Below, in pieces: positions 36,627 to 46,850 of a stretch of DNA of 64,000 nt. The stretch lies in the IMG/VR virus record IMGVR_UViG_3300035670_010029; one strand, written 5' to 3'. Origin of the DNA: a virus. Numbering within the stretch: position 1 is the first letter of the stretch; each line of letters starts with the position of its first letter. Made by a program: the position numbers and the translations under genes. The notes below the pieces were generated by a model. It did not search any database. It had not been told where the DNA came from and saw only the letters and a program-made list of their open reading frames with translations.

Positions 36627-36963
36627 CGAAGCTTGGAAGATATTACAAATTACAACAGCCAGCGTAGTACAAATTTTGGAAAAGTCCGCTTCAGACCTAA
36701 CAGGGCCAGAGAAAAAAGAATTGGCTATGAATCTCATATCAGAGTTTTATGACAAAGTTTTTCTGATTGTCGATGTTCCATTTGTTCCAAATGCCCTAGA
36801 ACCATTTTTACACAAGTATATCAAAGGGTTTTTAATGGTTTTAGTTAGCGCTAGCATAGACGCCTTGGTTACAACATTCAGACAAGTTGGTGTTTTTATC
36901 AAAAAGAAAATAGATCAAAATCCATTTGACCCAACAGTAGTTAATGTATCATATATTAAATAA
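36535..36963 (+). CDS. hypothetical helical protein
   Basis: AAGGAG RBS. Confidence 0.7.
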   Translation: MTNHELIKNELEKLINQAKESLAAVKRLAVNEAWKILQITTASVVQILEKSASDLTGPEKKELAMNLISEFYDKVFLIVDVPFVPNALEPFLHKYIKGFLMVLVSASIDALVTTFRQVGVFIKKKIDQNPFDPTVVNVSYIK

Positions 36964-36974
36964 GAGAGGATAAA

Positions 36975-37352
36975 ATGAACTTTACAGAGAGTTTCAGTGA
37001 ATTTAGTAGTCGATTAGGGCCAACGGATTTAGCTCTATACGCTGGTGCTGGATTGGTATTATGGGTGTTGTTTAAGGATAAGCTTAGCCCAGTACAAAAG
37101 GTTGTTATAGATTTTGTTAATAAATTAAAGAACAAAACCCCAAAAGTTACACCAACCCCAATAGTTGCAACAGAACAGCCTCATGGTCAAAATGAGCCAA
37201 ATTTATTTTTTGATCTTGTAGTCTCTTGGAAGCAAACAAGAGATTTAGCAGAACGTAGCGGTTGCCAAAAGGCTGTTGAAGTGGCTGATCAAATGTTTCC
37301 GTATTTATCTCCTATGGTTTGTGATCAAAAGGTAGTATCAGATGAAAAATAA
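36975..37352 (+). CDS. membrane protein
   Basis: GAGGA RBS; one TM. Confidence 0.7.
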   Translation: MNFTESFSEFSSRLGPTDLALYAGAGLVLWVLFKDKLSPVQKVVIDFVNKLKNKTPKVTPTPIVATEQPHGQNEPNLFFDLVVSWKQTRDLAERSGCQKAVEVADQMFPYLSPMVCDQKVVSDEK

Positions 37353-37842
37353 TAGTTTGCTAATTTTAGGTATAGGTCTTTTACTTTTCGGATTTTTAGG
37401 AAATGTAGACTGGACTTCTGTATCTCCTATTAATAATGCTGTTCAGCTAGAAAGTTATGTCGTTGATCCTCCTAGTGATCCAGAAATATTAAAGCAGTGT
37501 GATATTGTTATAGAAATATTTAAAGCTTTTAATGACTCTACTAAAAAAAGAGACGCACTAAAACTTTCTGCTTTATACAATGATATCGCTACTCTAATAG
37601 AGCTAGATGGAGAAAATACTATTATCAAGGATACCAATGCTGTTCGCAAAGCCAATAGTTTGTCTGGTCAAATGTTGAGACTAGACATTAAGGATAAATA
37701 TCCGGGATTAGCTCAAGCTAATCAAAACGTTATTAATGTCGCCATAGGCAATGACGATGTTTTATTAGATGCAGAAAACAGAGCTAAAGCATCACAAGCG
37801 TTCAGAGCATTAAGTTGGGCTTGCTATGAGGGTAGTAAATAA
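37342..37842 (+). CDS. exported/membrane-anchored protein
   Basis: N-terminal signal or TM. Confidence 0.7.
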   Translation: MKNNSLLILGIGLLLFGFLGNVDWTSVSPINNAVQLESYVVDPPSDPEILKQCDIVIEIFKAFNDSTKKRDALKLSALYNDIATLIELDGENTIIKDTNAVRKANSLSGQMLRLDIKDKYPGLAQANQNVINVAIGNDDVLLDAENRAKASQAFRALSWACYEGSK

Positions 37843-38768
37843 TGCCGCGTTTAACACCTAATGATCTATATAATCAGTATCGAAAAGGTTTTGCTGGATG
37901 CATATGGGAAGGACACATATTTGATCAGCTAATGCAAAATTCCAAATATGCATTATTTGGTGATGGAGCCAAAACCATAAAAAATAGTGGCAAAGGCAAA
38001 CTATCCTTACCGTACAAGTCTGTATTAAAATTTGATAAAAACCCATATAACGAAAGACAAACAGTAGGAGACTGTGTTTCGCACGGCACCCGTAATGCTT
38101 GCGATATTAGTAGGGCAGTAGAAATAGACATTAAAGGACAAAAAGAAAGCTGGATAACAAGAGGTGCCACAGAAGCGATTTATGGAGCCAGAGGGCACGG
38201 TGGAGAAGGCATGAGTTGCTCTAGAGCCGCTGAATTTGTTAGCAAAACAGGAGGTATTGTTTTACGCAAAAATTATCCTGGGATTGCTGATTTTAGTAAG
38301 TATAATGGAAGTTTAGGAGCAGGATGGGGAGGTCGCGGTCTTCCAGATAAAGTAATTGATTTAGCTGATAATCATCAAATTAAAACAGTTTCATTAGTGC
38401 GTACTGTAACAGAAGCTAGGGATGCTTTAGCTAATGGATATGGTATAGCGGTATGCTCGAATTATGGTTTCAGCAATAAAAGAGACAGTAAAGGATTTGC
38501 AAGAGTATCTGGTAGTTGGGCTCATTGTATGGCATGGATTGCTTGCGATGACACCAATGGAGAACCAGCTTTTCTTGTTCAAAATAGCTGGGGCAAATGG
38601 AATGACGGAGGACACCCTGAATGGGGTCCCATACCAGATGGTTCTTTTTTAATTCACGCTGACGCTGCTGAGGGTATGTTAAAACAAAACGGCTCATATG
38701 CTTTTAGTGATTTTGATGGATTTCCTCCTCAAAAACTGCCTAATTATGGTTTTGTAGACTACCTATAG
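37842..38768 (+). CDS. papain-like (C1) cysteine peptidase
   Basis: QTVGDCVSHG, WAHCM, VQNSWG. Confidence 0.85.
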   Translation: MPRLTPNDLYNQYRKGFAGCIWEGHIFDQLMQNSKYALFGDGAKTIKNSGKGKLSLPYKSVLKFDKNPYNERQTVGDCVSHGTRNACDISRAVEIDIKGQKESWITRGATEAIYGARGHGGEGMSCSRAAEFVSKTGGIVLRKNYPGIADFSKYNGSLGAGWGGRGLPDKVIDLADNHQIKTVSLVRTVTEARDALANGYGIAVCSNYGFSNKRDSKGFARVSGSWAHCMAWIACDDTNGEPAFLVQNSWGKWNDGGHPEWGPIPDGSFLIHADAAEGMLKQNGSYAFSDFDGFPPQKLPNYGFVDYL

Positions 38769-38827
38769 TACAGCAGGTGTATAGAATACAGTAATGACTA
38801 AGCAAATACCACGAAAGGATATTAATA

Positions 38828-39661
38828 ATGGCTGATCGTAAAATATCTGAATTACCATTCGCACAAAAAGTATTCGATGGCGATTTACTCGTTGCTGTCA
38901 CAGGATACGGACAAAGAACTAACCCTAATGATATAAATAGCGACTACGTGTCTTATATCACCACTAAGATACCGGTTTCTGGTTTTATGGCTCATGCTGT
39001 TAGAGTTAATGAACTAGTAAATGGCGGTACCGGTATTATGGTTGTTCCAGATATTAATAATACTGATCCTAATAATGCCACACCTAACACAATTCAATTA
39101 AACGTTACTGGCGTGGCAATGAAAACACACTATCACACAGTATCAGACATTACCAACTTTGCATCCGGCGTAAGTGGACAAATACAACAAATTATCAGAT
39201 TCCAAACATCAGACCTAGCCTGCTTAGACAACTCAGATACCGAAAGTACTGATCTTAGAATACCTCTAGCTGCTAATTCTATGTATTTATGTGAACTAGG
39301 TACAATATTTGTAAATAATGAAACTGGTTCTGTTATTTCAGGGCTTATCAATGTCACCGGTGATATGAGTGTTAATTATCCAACTCAAATGTATGGAACA
39401 TGGAATAGACTTGGTTTTGACACCAATACTTATCCTTTACACAACTCTTCGGATAATGTTTCTGATTATGGAGTACTAGTAGATGCTTTAGATTCTACAC
39501 AAGTAAATAATCCATTAACCGTAGTCAATAAGTTTACTATTGAAACTACAAGCAATGAAGCAGATACTATCTCTTTTGTTTTTACAACCAATAGTACAAA
39601 CCCAGCAACATCTGGAGTACTCAAAAAGGGTAGTTGGCTCAAAGCAGAAAAAATTATCTAA
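38828..39661 (+). CDS. putative tail/virion structural protein
   Basis: MADRKISELP N-terminus; beta-rich, N/T/S-rich. Confidence 0.6.
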   Translation: MADRKISELPFAQKVFDGDLLVAVTGYGQRTNPNDINSDYVSYITTKIPVSGFMAHAVRVNELVNGGTGIMVVPDINNTDPNNATPNTIQLNVTGVAMKTHYHTVSDITNFASGVSGQIQQIIRFQTSDLACLDNSDTESTDLRIPLAANSMYLCELGTIFVNNETGSVISGLINVTGDMSVNYPTQMYGTWNRLGFDTNTYPLHNSSDNVSDYGVLVDALDSTQVNNPLTVVNKFTIETTSNEADTISFVFTTNSTNPATSGVLKKGSWLKAEKII

Positions 39662-39674
39662 TTAGGAGCTATCT

Positions 39675-41294
39675 ATGCCAGATAGCAAAATAACTAATTT
39701 ATCTCCATCTCCATATCTATTAGATAGGGATCTGATGGTGGTTGTTACTGGATATTTGAATGAGGGTTCTTATCCTCAAACATGCCAAGTTCCGGTCAGC
39801 TATATTAGAAGATATATCACAAGACTAGATCTTCTATTAAATCCTGTTTCTGGTATAGGTAATTATTACAATAGCGGTTTAAACATATTAAGTATATGGG
39901 GTACCGGCATTCATGCTGTGCCAGGAAATAATGTAGAGATTCAATTTTCTCAAAACACTCCAGCAGGACAAAAATATGGCAAAACTGGACCTATTTGTCA
40001 TAGCGGTATTATATCTACCACGGGGCTAAATGCGTACAGTGGACATCCTTGGGGAAATCTTATAAGAGTTGATACACATAGTCAATGGCCATATAGTGGT
40101 ATTATATCTCAAACAGGGTTAAATATTATTCGTGGTAATCTTATTGATATACAGTTTGACCCAGCATCTCCCGCTGCTACCATTATGCACTCTAAGGACG
40201 GATCATGGGATAATAATTTTAATAAAAACTCTAATTTAGGCAACCCATATCATTCAGGAATAGTTTCTGTAACAGGACTCAATGCCACCAAAGGTAATCT
40301 GATAGATATTAATTTCAGTGCCGACTGGCCACATAGCGGAACCATTAGTACTACTGGTCTCAATATTATAGATGGTAATGGCATAGGATATACTATAGAT
40401 TCTTCTTGGCCGTATAAATATGAAATTTTCAACACAGAAAAAACCAAGTATGGCTCAAGTGTTACTATAAACAATACTGGTACACAAAATTCTAGCACAT
40501 CCAAATTTAATATTTTAACTTTGAGCTATAATGATTTCTATCAATCAAAGACCAATCAAAATTTGTCGTTATTAGCTACCGCATGTTTCAAGGTATCAGA
40601 TATTTCTTTCGGTGATCGTCCTTATGTGCCGGGGGCAGGAGCATTGAACGAACAAAAAATCTACGAGTTGCTACCTATTAGTGGCAGTATTGTAAATTAC
40701 ACATATCAAACGTGTGCTACAGAACAATGCGGAGTAGACGAGAATAACCAGCCTATTTTTTGCGACGTTACTGTTAATAATAATAGTAGTGTTACCATAG
40801 GATACAACGAATTAGCAAATTTTGTACAAAACGATACTTTTAATTACGTAATTAATAGTTTTACCCTCAACATAGGAATCAGTGGAAACGGCAACGATCA
40901 AATTACAAATATACATAGTTATCCTATTACTTTTAGAAATAGCACACAGGGAGGCACAACGTCTCCGTTATATAATACTAAAAACGAAATATATAGAAAT
41001 AATACTGAGCCATATATAGTTAATGGCATAGATCCAATTACCATCAGAGCTTCAGTTAATCTTAATATTAATTCTTCTAATTTCAATACCTCTAATTCTA
41101 TAGCTTTGTGTGCTTTTATCACCAATGTTAGGGCTACTCGTACTTATACAAATACAGCAGACTTTATACCAAACGATCCGTGCGTTGGCGACAATACCAC
41201 AAATAGCTACAGCTACAGCACAACCAGATGCTACTGCCCAACTTCTGCTACTATAGACGCTAAATTTATTAAAGCAGAAAATATAGTCTTATAA
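39675..41294 (+). CDS. putative tail fibre/virion protein with internal repeats
   Basis: MPDSKITNL N-terminus; four (H/Y)SGx(I/V)SxTGLN..GN repeats. Confidence 0.6.
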   Translation: MPDSKITNLSPSPYLLDRDLMVVVTGYLNEGSYPQTCQVPVSYIRRYITRLDLLLNPVSGIGNYYNSGLNILSIWGTGIHAVPGNNVEIQFSQNTPAGQKYGKTGPICHSGIISTTGLNAYSGHPWGNLIRVDTHSQWPYSGIISQTGLNIIRGNLIDIQFDPASPAATIMHSKDGSWDNNFNKNSNLGNPYHSGIVSVTGLNATKGNLIDINFSADWPHSGTISTTGLNIIDGNGIGYTIDSSWPYKYEIFNTEKTKYGSSVTINNTGTQNSSTSKFNILTLSYNDFYQSKTNQNLSLLATACFKVSDISFGDRPYVPGAGALNEQKIYELLPISGSIVNYTYQTCATEQCGVDENNQPIFCDVTVNNNSSVTIGYNELANFVQNDTFNYVINSFTLNIGISGNGNDQITNIHSYPITFRNSTQGGTTSPLYNTKNEIYRNNTEPYIVNGIDPITIRASVNLNINSSNFNTSNSIALCAFITNVRATRTYTNTADFIPNDPCVGDNTTNSYSYSTTRCYCPTSATIDAKFIKAENIVL

Positions 41295-41325
41295 GGTGTA
41301 TAAATATTGCAGGAGAATAAATTAT

Positions 41326-41493
41326 ATGAAATTTTTAGACAAAATTGCCTTAAACAGACTCATTGCTATAATCACTAGTTTTATCTTGAGCATTATTAAA
41401 ATTTTTGCTCCTAAGAACACAGACCTAGATTTACCCGAACCTCCTTTACGCAAAAAAAGAAAAGATCGACGCAAGGCTAATAAATTATCATGA
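41326..41493 (+). CDS. small membrane protein with basic tail
   Basis: AGGAG RBS before ATG 41326. Confidence 0.6.
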   Translation: MKFLDKIALNRLIAIITSFILSIIKIFAPKNTDLDLPEPPLRKKRKDRRKANKLS

Positions 41494-41774
41494 AACTATC
41501 TTACTTATTAATGACAACAGTATTATTTACTGCTATGTACTCAGCTCATAATGATTACTCAACCACAAGTGTTGTAACAGTAGTAGGGGCCGTTATATCT
41601 TCTCAAGAACAAGAAAAGGACAAAGTAGACACTAAATACAAAAGAAAAGATTGTCCTGTGTGTAAAGGCAAAGGATGGTACATGAGCGGCGACGGTATTA
41701 AAAAAATAGAATGTCAATATTGTGAACCAGAACAAGAAGAACAATCAACTAAACCATACATAATTAGAAGATAA
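41490..41774 (+). CDS. exported protein with DnaJ-type zinc finger
   Basis: signal-like N-terminus; CPVCKGKG..CQYC. Confidence 0.65.
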   Translation: MKLSYLLMTTVLFTAMYSAHNDYSTTSVVTVVGAVISSQEQEKDKVDTKYKRKDCPVCKGKGWYMSGDGIKKIECQYCEPEQEEQSTKPYIIRR

Positions 41775-42170
41775 ATGAATATCGAGCTAGAAAATAAAGT
41801 TAAACATATCGCAGAAAAAGTATTAAATCAAACCACATGGCCAAAGTCAGAAAATTATGGTAGTGTGATAGCTATTTTGATGGTGGTTAGTATCATTCTT
41901 ACTAGCATACGCATATTACAAGAGTGTAAAAAAAATAGAAAATTTTCTAGTAAAACAGAAAAATACCAAACCTATAAACAAGAAATCAAAGAAGTAAGCA
42001 GAACGCGGTCATGGTTTACTAAACTAAGACTAAAAAAAATAATACGCAAAGAACTCGGTAAGGATGAATATAAACAATATAGTAACGAATTATTGTATGC
42101 TATTCTTAATATAGGAGATACTCTTACGGATGAGGAAGCCATAACACTAGTGGAGGCAGCCAATGTTTAG
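41775..42170 (+). CDS. membrane protein
   Basis: one TM. Confidence 0.65.
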   Translation: MNIELENKVKHIAEKVLNQTTWPKSENYGSVIAILMVVSIILTSIRILQECKKNRKFSSKTEKYQTYKQEIKEVSRTRSWFTKLRLKKIIRKELGKDEYKQYSNELLYAILNIGDTLTDEEAITLVEAANV

Positions 42171-42414
42171 TATAATGACCTGGATGGTATATGGAATTTT
42201 TGTTGGAGCAATTGCTAAAAGCGTTGTTCCTGGAGAAGAAAATTTTGGATTTTTAAAAACAATTGCTTTGGGTGTGGCTGGATCTTATATTGGTGGTGCA
42301 ATTATGTATCTGTTAGGCAAGTACGAAGCACTAGAACCATCCGGTCTTTTTATGGGTGTTGCTGGAGCCGTAGTAGCTTTAGTTCTATACAATAAGCTTA
42401 ACGAAAAAAAATAA
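42163..42414 (+). CDS. GlsB/YeaQ/YmgE (transglycosylase-associated) membrane protein
   Basis: GIFVGAIAKSVVPG..TIALGVAGSYIGG..GAVVAL. Confidence 0.85.
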   Translation: MFSIMTWMVYGIFVGAIAKSVVPGEENFGFLKTIALGVAGSYIGGAIMYLLGKYEALEPSGLFMGVAGAVVALVLYNKLNEKK

Positions 42415-42419
42415 TTACC

Positions 42420-42448
42420 TTGCCATCACTAGATACTATTACTATAAT
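42420..42448 (+). promoter_or_regulatory. sigma70-type promoter
   Basis: TTGCCA-17 nt-TATAAT. Confidence 0.55.
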
Positions 42449-42493
42449 ATAGTGCTTAGCACTTTTGTAATTACATACATTTAAGTAGTATCT

Positions 42494-44206
42494 ATGCTCA
42501 CCCCTAAAGAACTTTACGAAGCATATTCTATCAGTCCTTGTGGATATTATTACAATGGCAGTTCGTTTCAAGACAATGGAAGAGGATCTCCATATGATCT
42601 TAATAGAATTATTAGATTTTTAAAGCACGTAAAGTATCCATGCTATAGTTCTATAGATACTTCTGAGATTGATGGAACAGGAAATAAACAACTTGCTTTA
42701 ACCTTTAAATTTTTACAAACTCTAGACATAGATGCTTTTGCCGAAGGCCAACCACAAATAGAAAGTGGTACTGCATATAGCGTTAGAAATGCTGCTGATA
42801 TTACTAGGTCATGTTATCTATATGTTAATAATATTATAAATGAGTGGCAAGCACGAATGGCCACAGAATATTTAGAACATTTTTGTGGAAATTCTTTACC
42901 AGACTGTCTTATGATGCTAGGTCCGGATTTAGTAGAGGATAGTGTAGCCTATAATGACAGAGCGCCGAGTACGCTAGGATGTTTTTATCAAGGTGCTGGT
43001 TCAAGATTTTTTTGTTATTCTCCTCCATTAACTGACTCTCCTCCTATTTGTGTGTGTGGAGTAAAACCAGTCGCAATGGGAGACGGACCCGACCCTTGTG
43101 AGGGTAATACAGACGACCCTTGCTGCAAAGATGGTGTTGAATTTGAAAATTTATGCTGTAGAGTCGGGAGATCATCTAGAATAGATTTTTCTTATGTTAT
43201 TCCTGCAGACGACATATCTTATACTTCTAACGTTAGGAATGTATATTTTTCTAGTGCTGTCAATAATATTCAAGATGTAGAGACTTTACTAGAGGAGAAT
43301 ATAAACAGTAAAATAGGGATCAATGACGCATTGGTCTTACCTAATCAACAGGTTTGGGTATTGACAAACGGTTATCCACGCATGGCTAGTTCTTATCAGC
43401 GTAGAAATTTTATACTCAAACACCTAGGTATCCTAGAAAGAAAAGACTATGCTGGTTATGCTAATTTTGTTAGTCCTGGTGGTAGAAATTTTAATGCAAC
43501 TCTAGACGACATTTTTTTAGAACACTTTAGAGACGAATCTCAGCATAGATGCAAAACCATTAGTACAATTTTAGACATACAAAAAAATAAAACTAGTATA
43601 AGCACTAATACAACAGGAATGTTAAACAACATCAAAGACCTCATATATAACGGATACGGCATAGTATTATTGTCAAATGTGGGTTTTCCAAACTTTAGAG
43701 ACTCAACCGGACTGTCTTACCCTGATCGTATATGGTATCAAACATATACTATAATAGGCTATGATGATAGAAAAATAGAATATCCTGAATGCGTATATGT
43801 AATTTCTTGTCCTTTTGGAGATTGGATTGATGGAGGTCATCCGTCATGGGGTCCTTTGCCTCCTGGCTGCTTTTTGGTTACAGAAAGTCATCTTAGATGT
43901 ATGATTAGTTTTTATCCCGGCATGGACTTTTATGATTGCAGGAAACGATTTTGCAATCCCGTATTGTATGAATGTGACGATCCTTCTGTTCGTGTAAATT
44001 TCGATGGATGTGACGGAGCCCCGGAAGAAGGCAAATGTACACCATATTATTGCACTGAACAGCAATCCGCTTTCGGTATGGTATTTGCCATATCTATGAA
44101 TGACGGATTCCCAAAACAAGATTTACCACATGCTGATTTTTATCCAGTATCTTCTATTAGAGAAGCCTTTAAAGAACAAGAGGTATATTTCGATGCCAGT
44201 TCTTAA
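42494..44206 (+). CDS. inactive paralog of the C1 peptidase with Cys-rich insertions
   Basis: collinear motifs with 37842..38768; catalytic C/H/N positions replaced. Confidence 0.7.
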   Translation: MLTPKELYEAYSISPCGYYYNGSSFQDNGRGSPYDLNRIIRFLKHVKYPCYSSIDTSEIDGTGNKQLALTFKFLQTLDIDAFAEGQPQIESGTAYSVRNAADITRSCYLYVNNIINEWQARMATEYLEHFCGNSLPDCLMMLGPDLVEDSVAYNDRAPSTLGCFYQGAGSRFFCYSPPLTDSPPICVCGVKPVAMGDGPDPCEGNTDDPCCKDGVEFENLCCRVGRSSRIDFSYVIPADDISYTSNVRNVYFSSAVNNIQDVETLLEENINSKIGINDALVLPNQQVWVLTNGYPRMASSYQRRNFILKHLGILERKDYAGYANFVSPGGRNFNATLDDIFLEHFRDESQHRCKTISTILDIQKNKTSISTNTTGMLNNIKDLIYNGYGIVLLSNVGFPNFRDSTGLSYPDRIWYQTYTIIGYDDRKIEYPECVYVISCPFGDWIDGGHPSWGPLPPGCFLVTESHLRCMISFYPGMDFYDCRKRFCNPVLYECDDPSVRVNFDGCDGAPEEGKCTPYYCTEQQSAFGMVFAISMNDGFPKQDLPHADFYPVSSIREAFKEQEVYFDASS

Positions 44207-46850
44207 TTTGTGTGATCCAGCAAAATATTATTCAACGCCGTATGTGTCTGATGATACCAGCGATAAAATTAATAGGATACCGTCATCTAGTCAAGATATA
44301 AACATCATACAAACTTTGGAAGATAATGCTACTCTTAATCTAAATAGCTTAGACGCTTGTGAACTACAAAACATCGCATCAATATCCGTTAAATTTCGTG
44401 ATCCCTCTAGCGCCCTAGAAATAAATGGATCAGCCAACATAAATGTCACAGCTAGATCAGGAGAAACTCAACCTTGGATAGCTAACCATGAGGAATATGA
44501 TATTTCTGATAAGTATGTTATAGAGTCTATTTCTTCTTTGTTTACAACTACTATCAAAGGAATACTACATACCAAAGAAATTAATACTCGTACACTTAAT
44601 ATAGAAAATAATGGTTCTGTGTCTGGCCCTCTTATATCAGCACAAAACGTAAACATTAAAGGTTCGTCTAACTATATTAAATTCGCTAATATTACTGCTG
44701 ACGAAGTATCTATTACTGCTTCTAAAGCAAGAATAGACAACTCAACTTTTGTTTGCTCTCAAAATTATATTCAAAATGGTTCCGATGCATCCCTGCTAAA
44801 CTGCAATATCGTATCTCCATCAGCCACACTAAAACATGGTTATTTTCTAGCATCTCAAATACTTTTTGGTTCTTTGGAGCTAGACAACGGACACATAGAC
44901 GCTGAATGCTCCTATGATTCGAGTCTAGTACAATCTGGAAGTATACCCCTAAAAATAAAAAATACATCTATAGGCGCAAATTTCAAGACTAATGTTCCCC
45001 TATTGATTATGTCTGGACCAGCCGAACTTAATGGAGACATTAAAGCAATACTCATTTCAGGTTCTGTTCCTAATATCAATATAGGACCAAGTGGAATAGT
45101 TGATGTTATAAAAATAAGCACCAGCTCTATAAAAAATAGCGGACAACTAACAATTCAATCAATAACCAGTGGGCAATCATATACTATTAATAATTATGGC
45201 AATGCTTATATTAATGCAATGTCGTCCCAAAGTAGGTTATCTATTAAAAACGATTCATTTGCTAATACGATATTATCAGATACTGACTCTATTATAGAAT
45301 CCTTATCTAATGAAATCTCTGGTGTTATTCAAGCTAATAATTTAGTTATTAATAAATCATTTAGTAATACTGGTAAGTGTAATACCATCAGTAGTATACA
45401 AATCAAGGGAGGTATTAATAATCTTTCTGGTGTGATACAATCAACACACGTAGATCTATTCAATACTAATAATGAAGGAATAATATCTGCTAGTACGGTA
45501 TCTTTATCTGGGTCTTCCATTAATTTAGCTTCTGGTGTTATTCTGGGCAGCACTCTTTTTATTAACAAGACCAAGAACGAAGGGTTTTGTCAGGACGCGA
45601 CATTTACTGAAACAACAGAGAATCAAGGAAAATGCAATAATGCGATACTTAAAAACACAGCTAAAAATAATTATATAGTAAATGAACAAGCAGATTTTTA
45701 TAATACATCTAATAATGGCACTAATGCAATTACTAATATAGCAAATTTTTATGATGATAGTATTAATAATGCTGGGGGTAACTATGCATCAGACAAACTG
45801 TCTCCCGGAATACAGTATAACATATGGAAAACCATGAATTTTAATGATAGCTCATCGAACCAAGGATTGCTTGCGCCCTTGCAACCACTAAACATTAACG
45901 AGTGGCGCGATATCTTAATAAGATCAATCAACGATGGAACTTCGGAGGAATTCTTAAATAAGGATGCCCGTAAAGCTAATTTTTTAAATCAAAGTTTTAA
46001 TACGGCAAATATTTCTGGCAATATCAGTAACACAGGATCCCCCCTTTGCTATATCGTTTTTAACGATAATGCTTATCACAAATCTAGTATTGCACAGCAA
46101 GCTATTTTTCGTGATAATGCATATAATAAAGGAAATGCTATTAGATGTATTTTCCAGAACAATAGTAGTAATGAGGGCACAACGACTGAATGTTTGTTTT
46201 ATAATTTAGCTACTAATAACAGCAATCAAAATAATATTAATGCTATATTTTATGATAACAGCACAAATAGAGGTAAAGTAAAAGATAGTCAGTTTTTAAA
46301 CACCAGGAACTTCGGGGAGGTGGAAGGAACGGTTATATTTTCTGGAGCATCAGCAATAAATATCGCAAAACTATTAAACGTATCTAGTGGTTCATTTTTT
46401 GATAGCGCTAGTAATTTAGGACAAATAAACTCTAGCACAAACATTTATTTCGTGAATTCTTCGTATAATACCGGAACTATTGACGCATCAAATACTGTGT
46501 TTTACAATAACTCATATAACATTGCCAACGGAAATATCCAGTCCACAACGATAGAATTGACCAATAGATCTTACAACAATGGCAACATGACAGGCGGAAC
46601 TACTATGGTTAATAGCCAAAACTATGGATCTATTATAGGCGACACTGTTTTAAATAGCGGATCTGAAAACATAGGATACATTATAGGAAATGCTCAATTT
46701 GTAAATAATTCCATCAATCGCGGTGGCATTATGGGCAATGTTACATTAACACTGGGTTCTGTTAACGAGGGCACTATAACGGGTAATGTTAGTATCGATG
46801 CTACATCTACCAATGTTGGAACAGTAATAGGAGAAATTACTTTATTATGA
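44193..46850 (+). CDS. large Asn-rich beta-helix repeat protein (fibre/adhesin-like)
   Basis: many FxxxSxNxG repeats; ATG 44193 after GAGG. Confidence 0.7.
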   Translation: MPVLNLCDPAKYYSTPYVSDDTSDKINRIPSSSQDINIIQTLEDNATLNLNSLDACELQNIASISVKFRDPSSALEINGSANINVTARSGETQPWIANHEEYDISDKYVIESISSLFTTTIKGILHTKEINTRTLNIENNGSVSGPLISAQNVNIKGSSNYIKFANITADEVSITASKARIDNSTFVCSQNYIQNGSDASLLNCNIVSPSATLKHGYFLASQILFGSLELDNGHIDAECSYDSSLVQSGSIPLKIKNTSIGANFKTNVPLLIMSGPAELNGDIKAILISGSVPNINIGPSGIVDVIKISTSSIKNSGQLTIQSITSGQSYTINNYGNAYINAMSSQSRLSIKNDSFANTILSDTDSIIESLSNEISGVIQANNLVINKSFSNTGKCNTISSIQIKGGINNLSGVIQSTHVDLFNTNNEGIISASTVSLSGSSINLASGVILGSTLFINKTKNEGFCQDATFTETTENQGKCNNAILKNTAKNNYIVNEQADFYNTSNNGTNAITNIANFYDDSINNAGGNYASDKLSPGIQYNIWKTMNFNDSSSNQGLLAPLQPLNINEWRDILIRSINDGTSEEFLNKDARKANFLNQSFNTANISGNISNTGSPLCYIVFNDNAYHKSSIAQQAIFRDNAYNKGNAIRCIFQNNSSNEGTTTECLFYNLATNNSNQNNINAIFYDNSTNRGKVKDSQFLNTRNFGEVEGTVIFSGASAINIAKLLNVSSGSFFDSASNLGQINSSTNIYFVNSSYNTGTIDASNTVFYNNSYNIANGNIQSTTIELTNRSYNNGNMTGGTTMVNSQNYGSIIGDTVLNSGSENIGYIIGNAQFVNNSINRGGIMGNVTLTLGSVNEGTITGNVSIDATSTNVGTVIGEITLL

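Noticed and set aside
44100-44192. Upstream starts given in the track for several ORFs (e.g. 44100, 53647, 11180, 5719)
   Set aside because: They overlap upstream genes or regulatory hairpins; downstream ATGs fit RBS position and family N-termini better.
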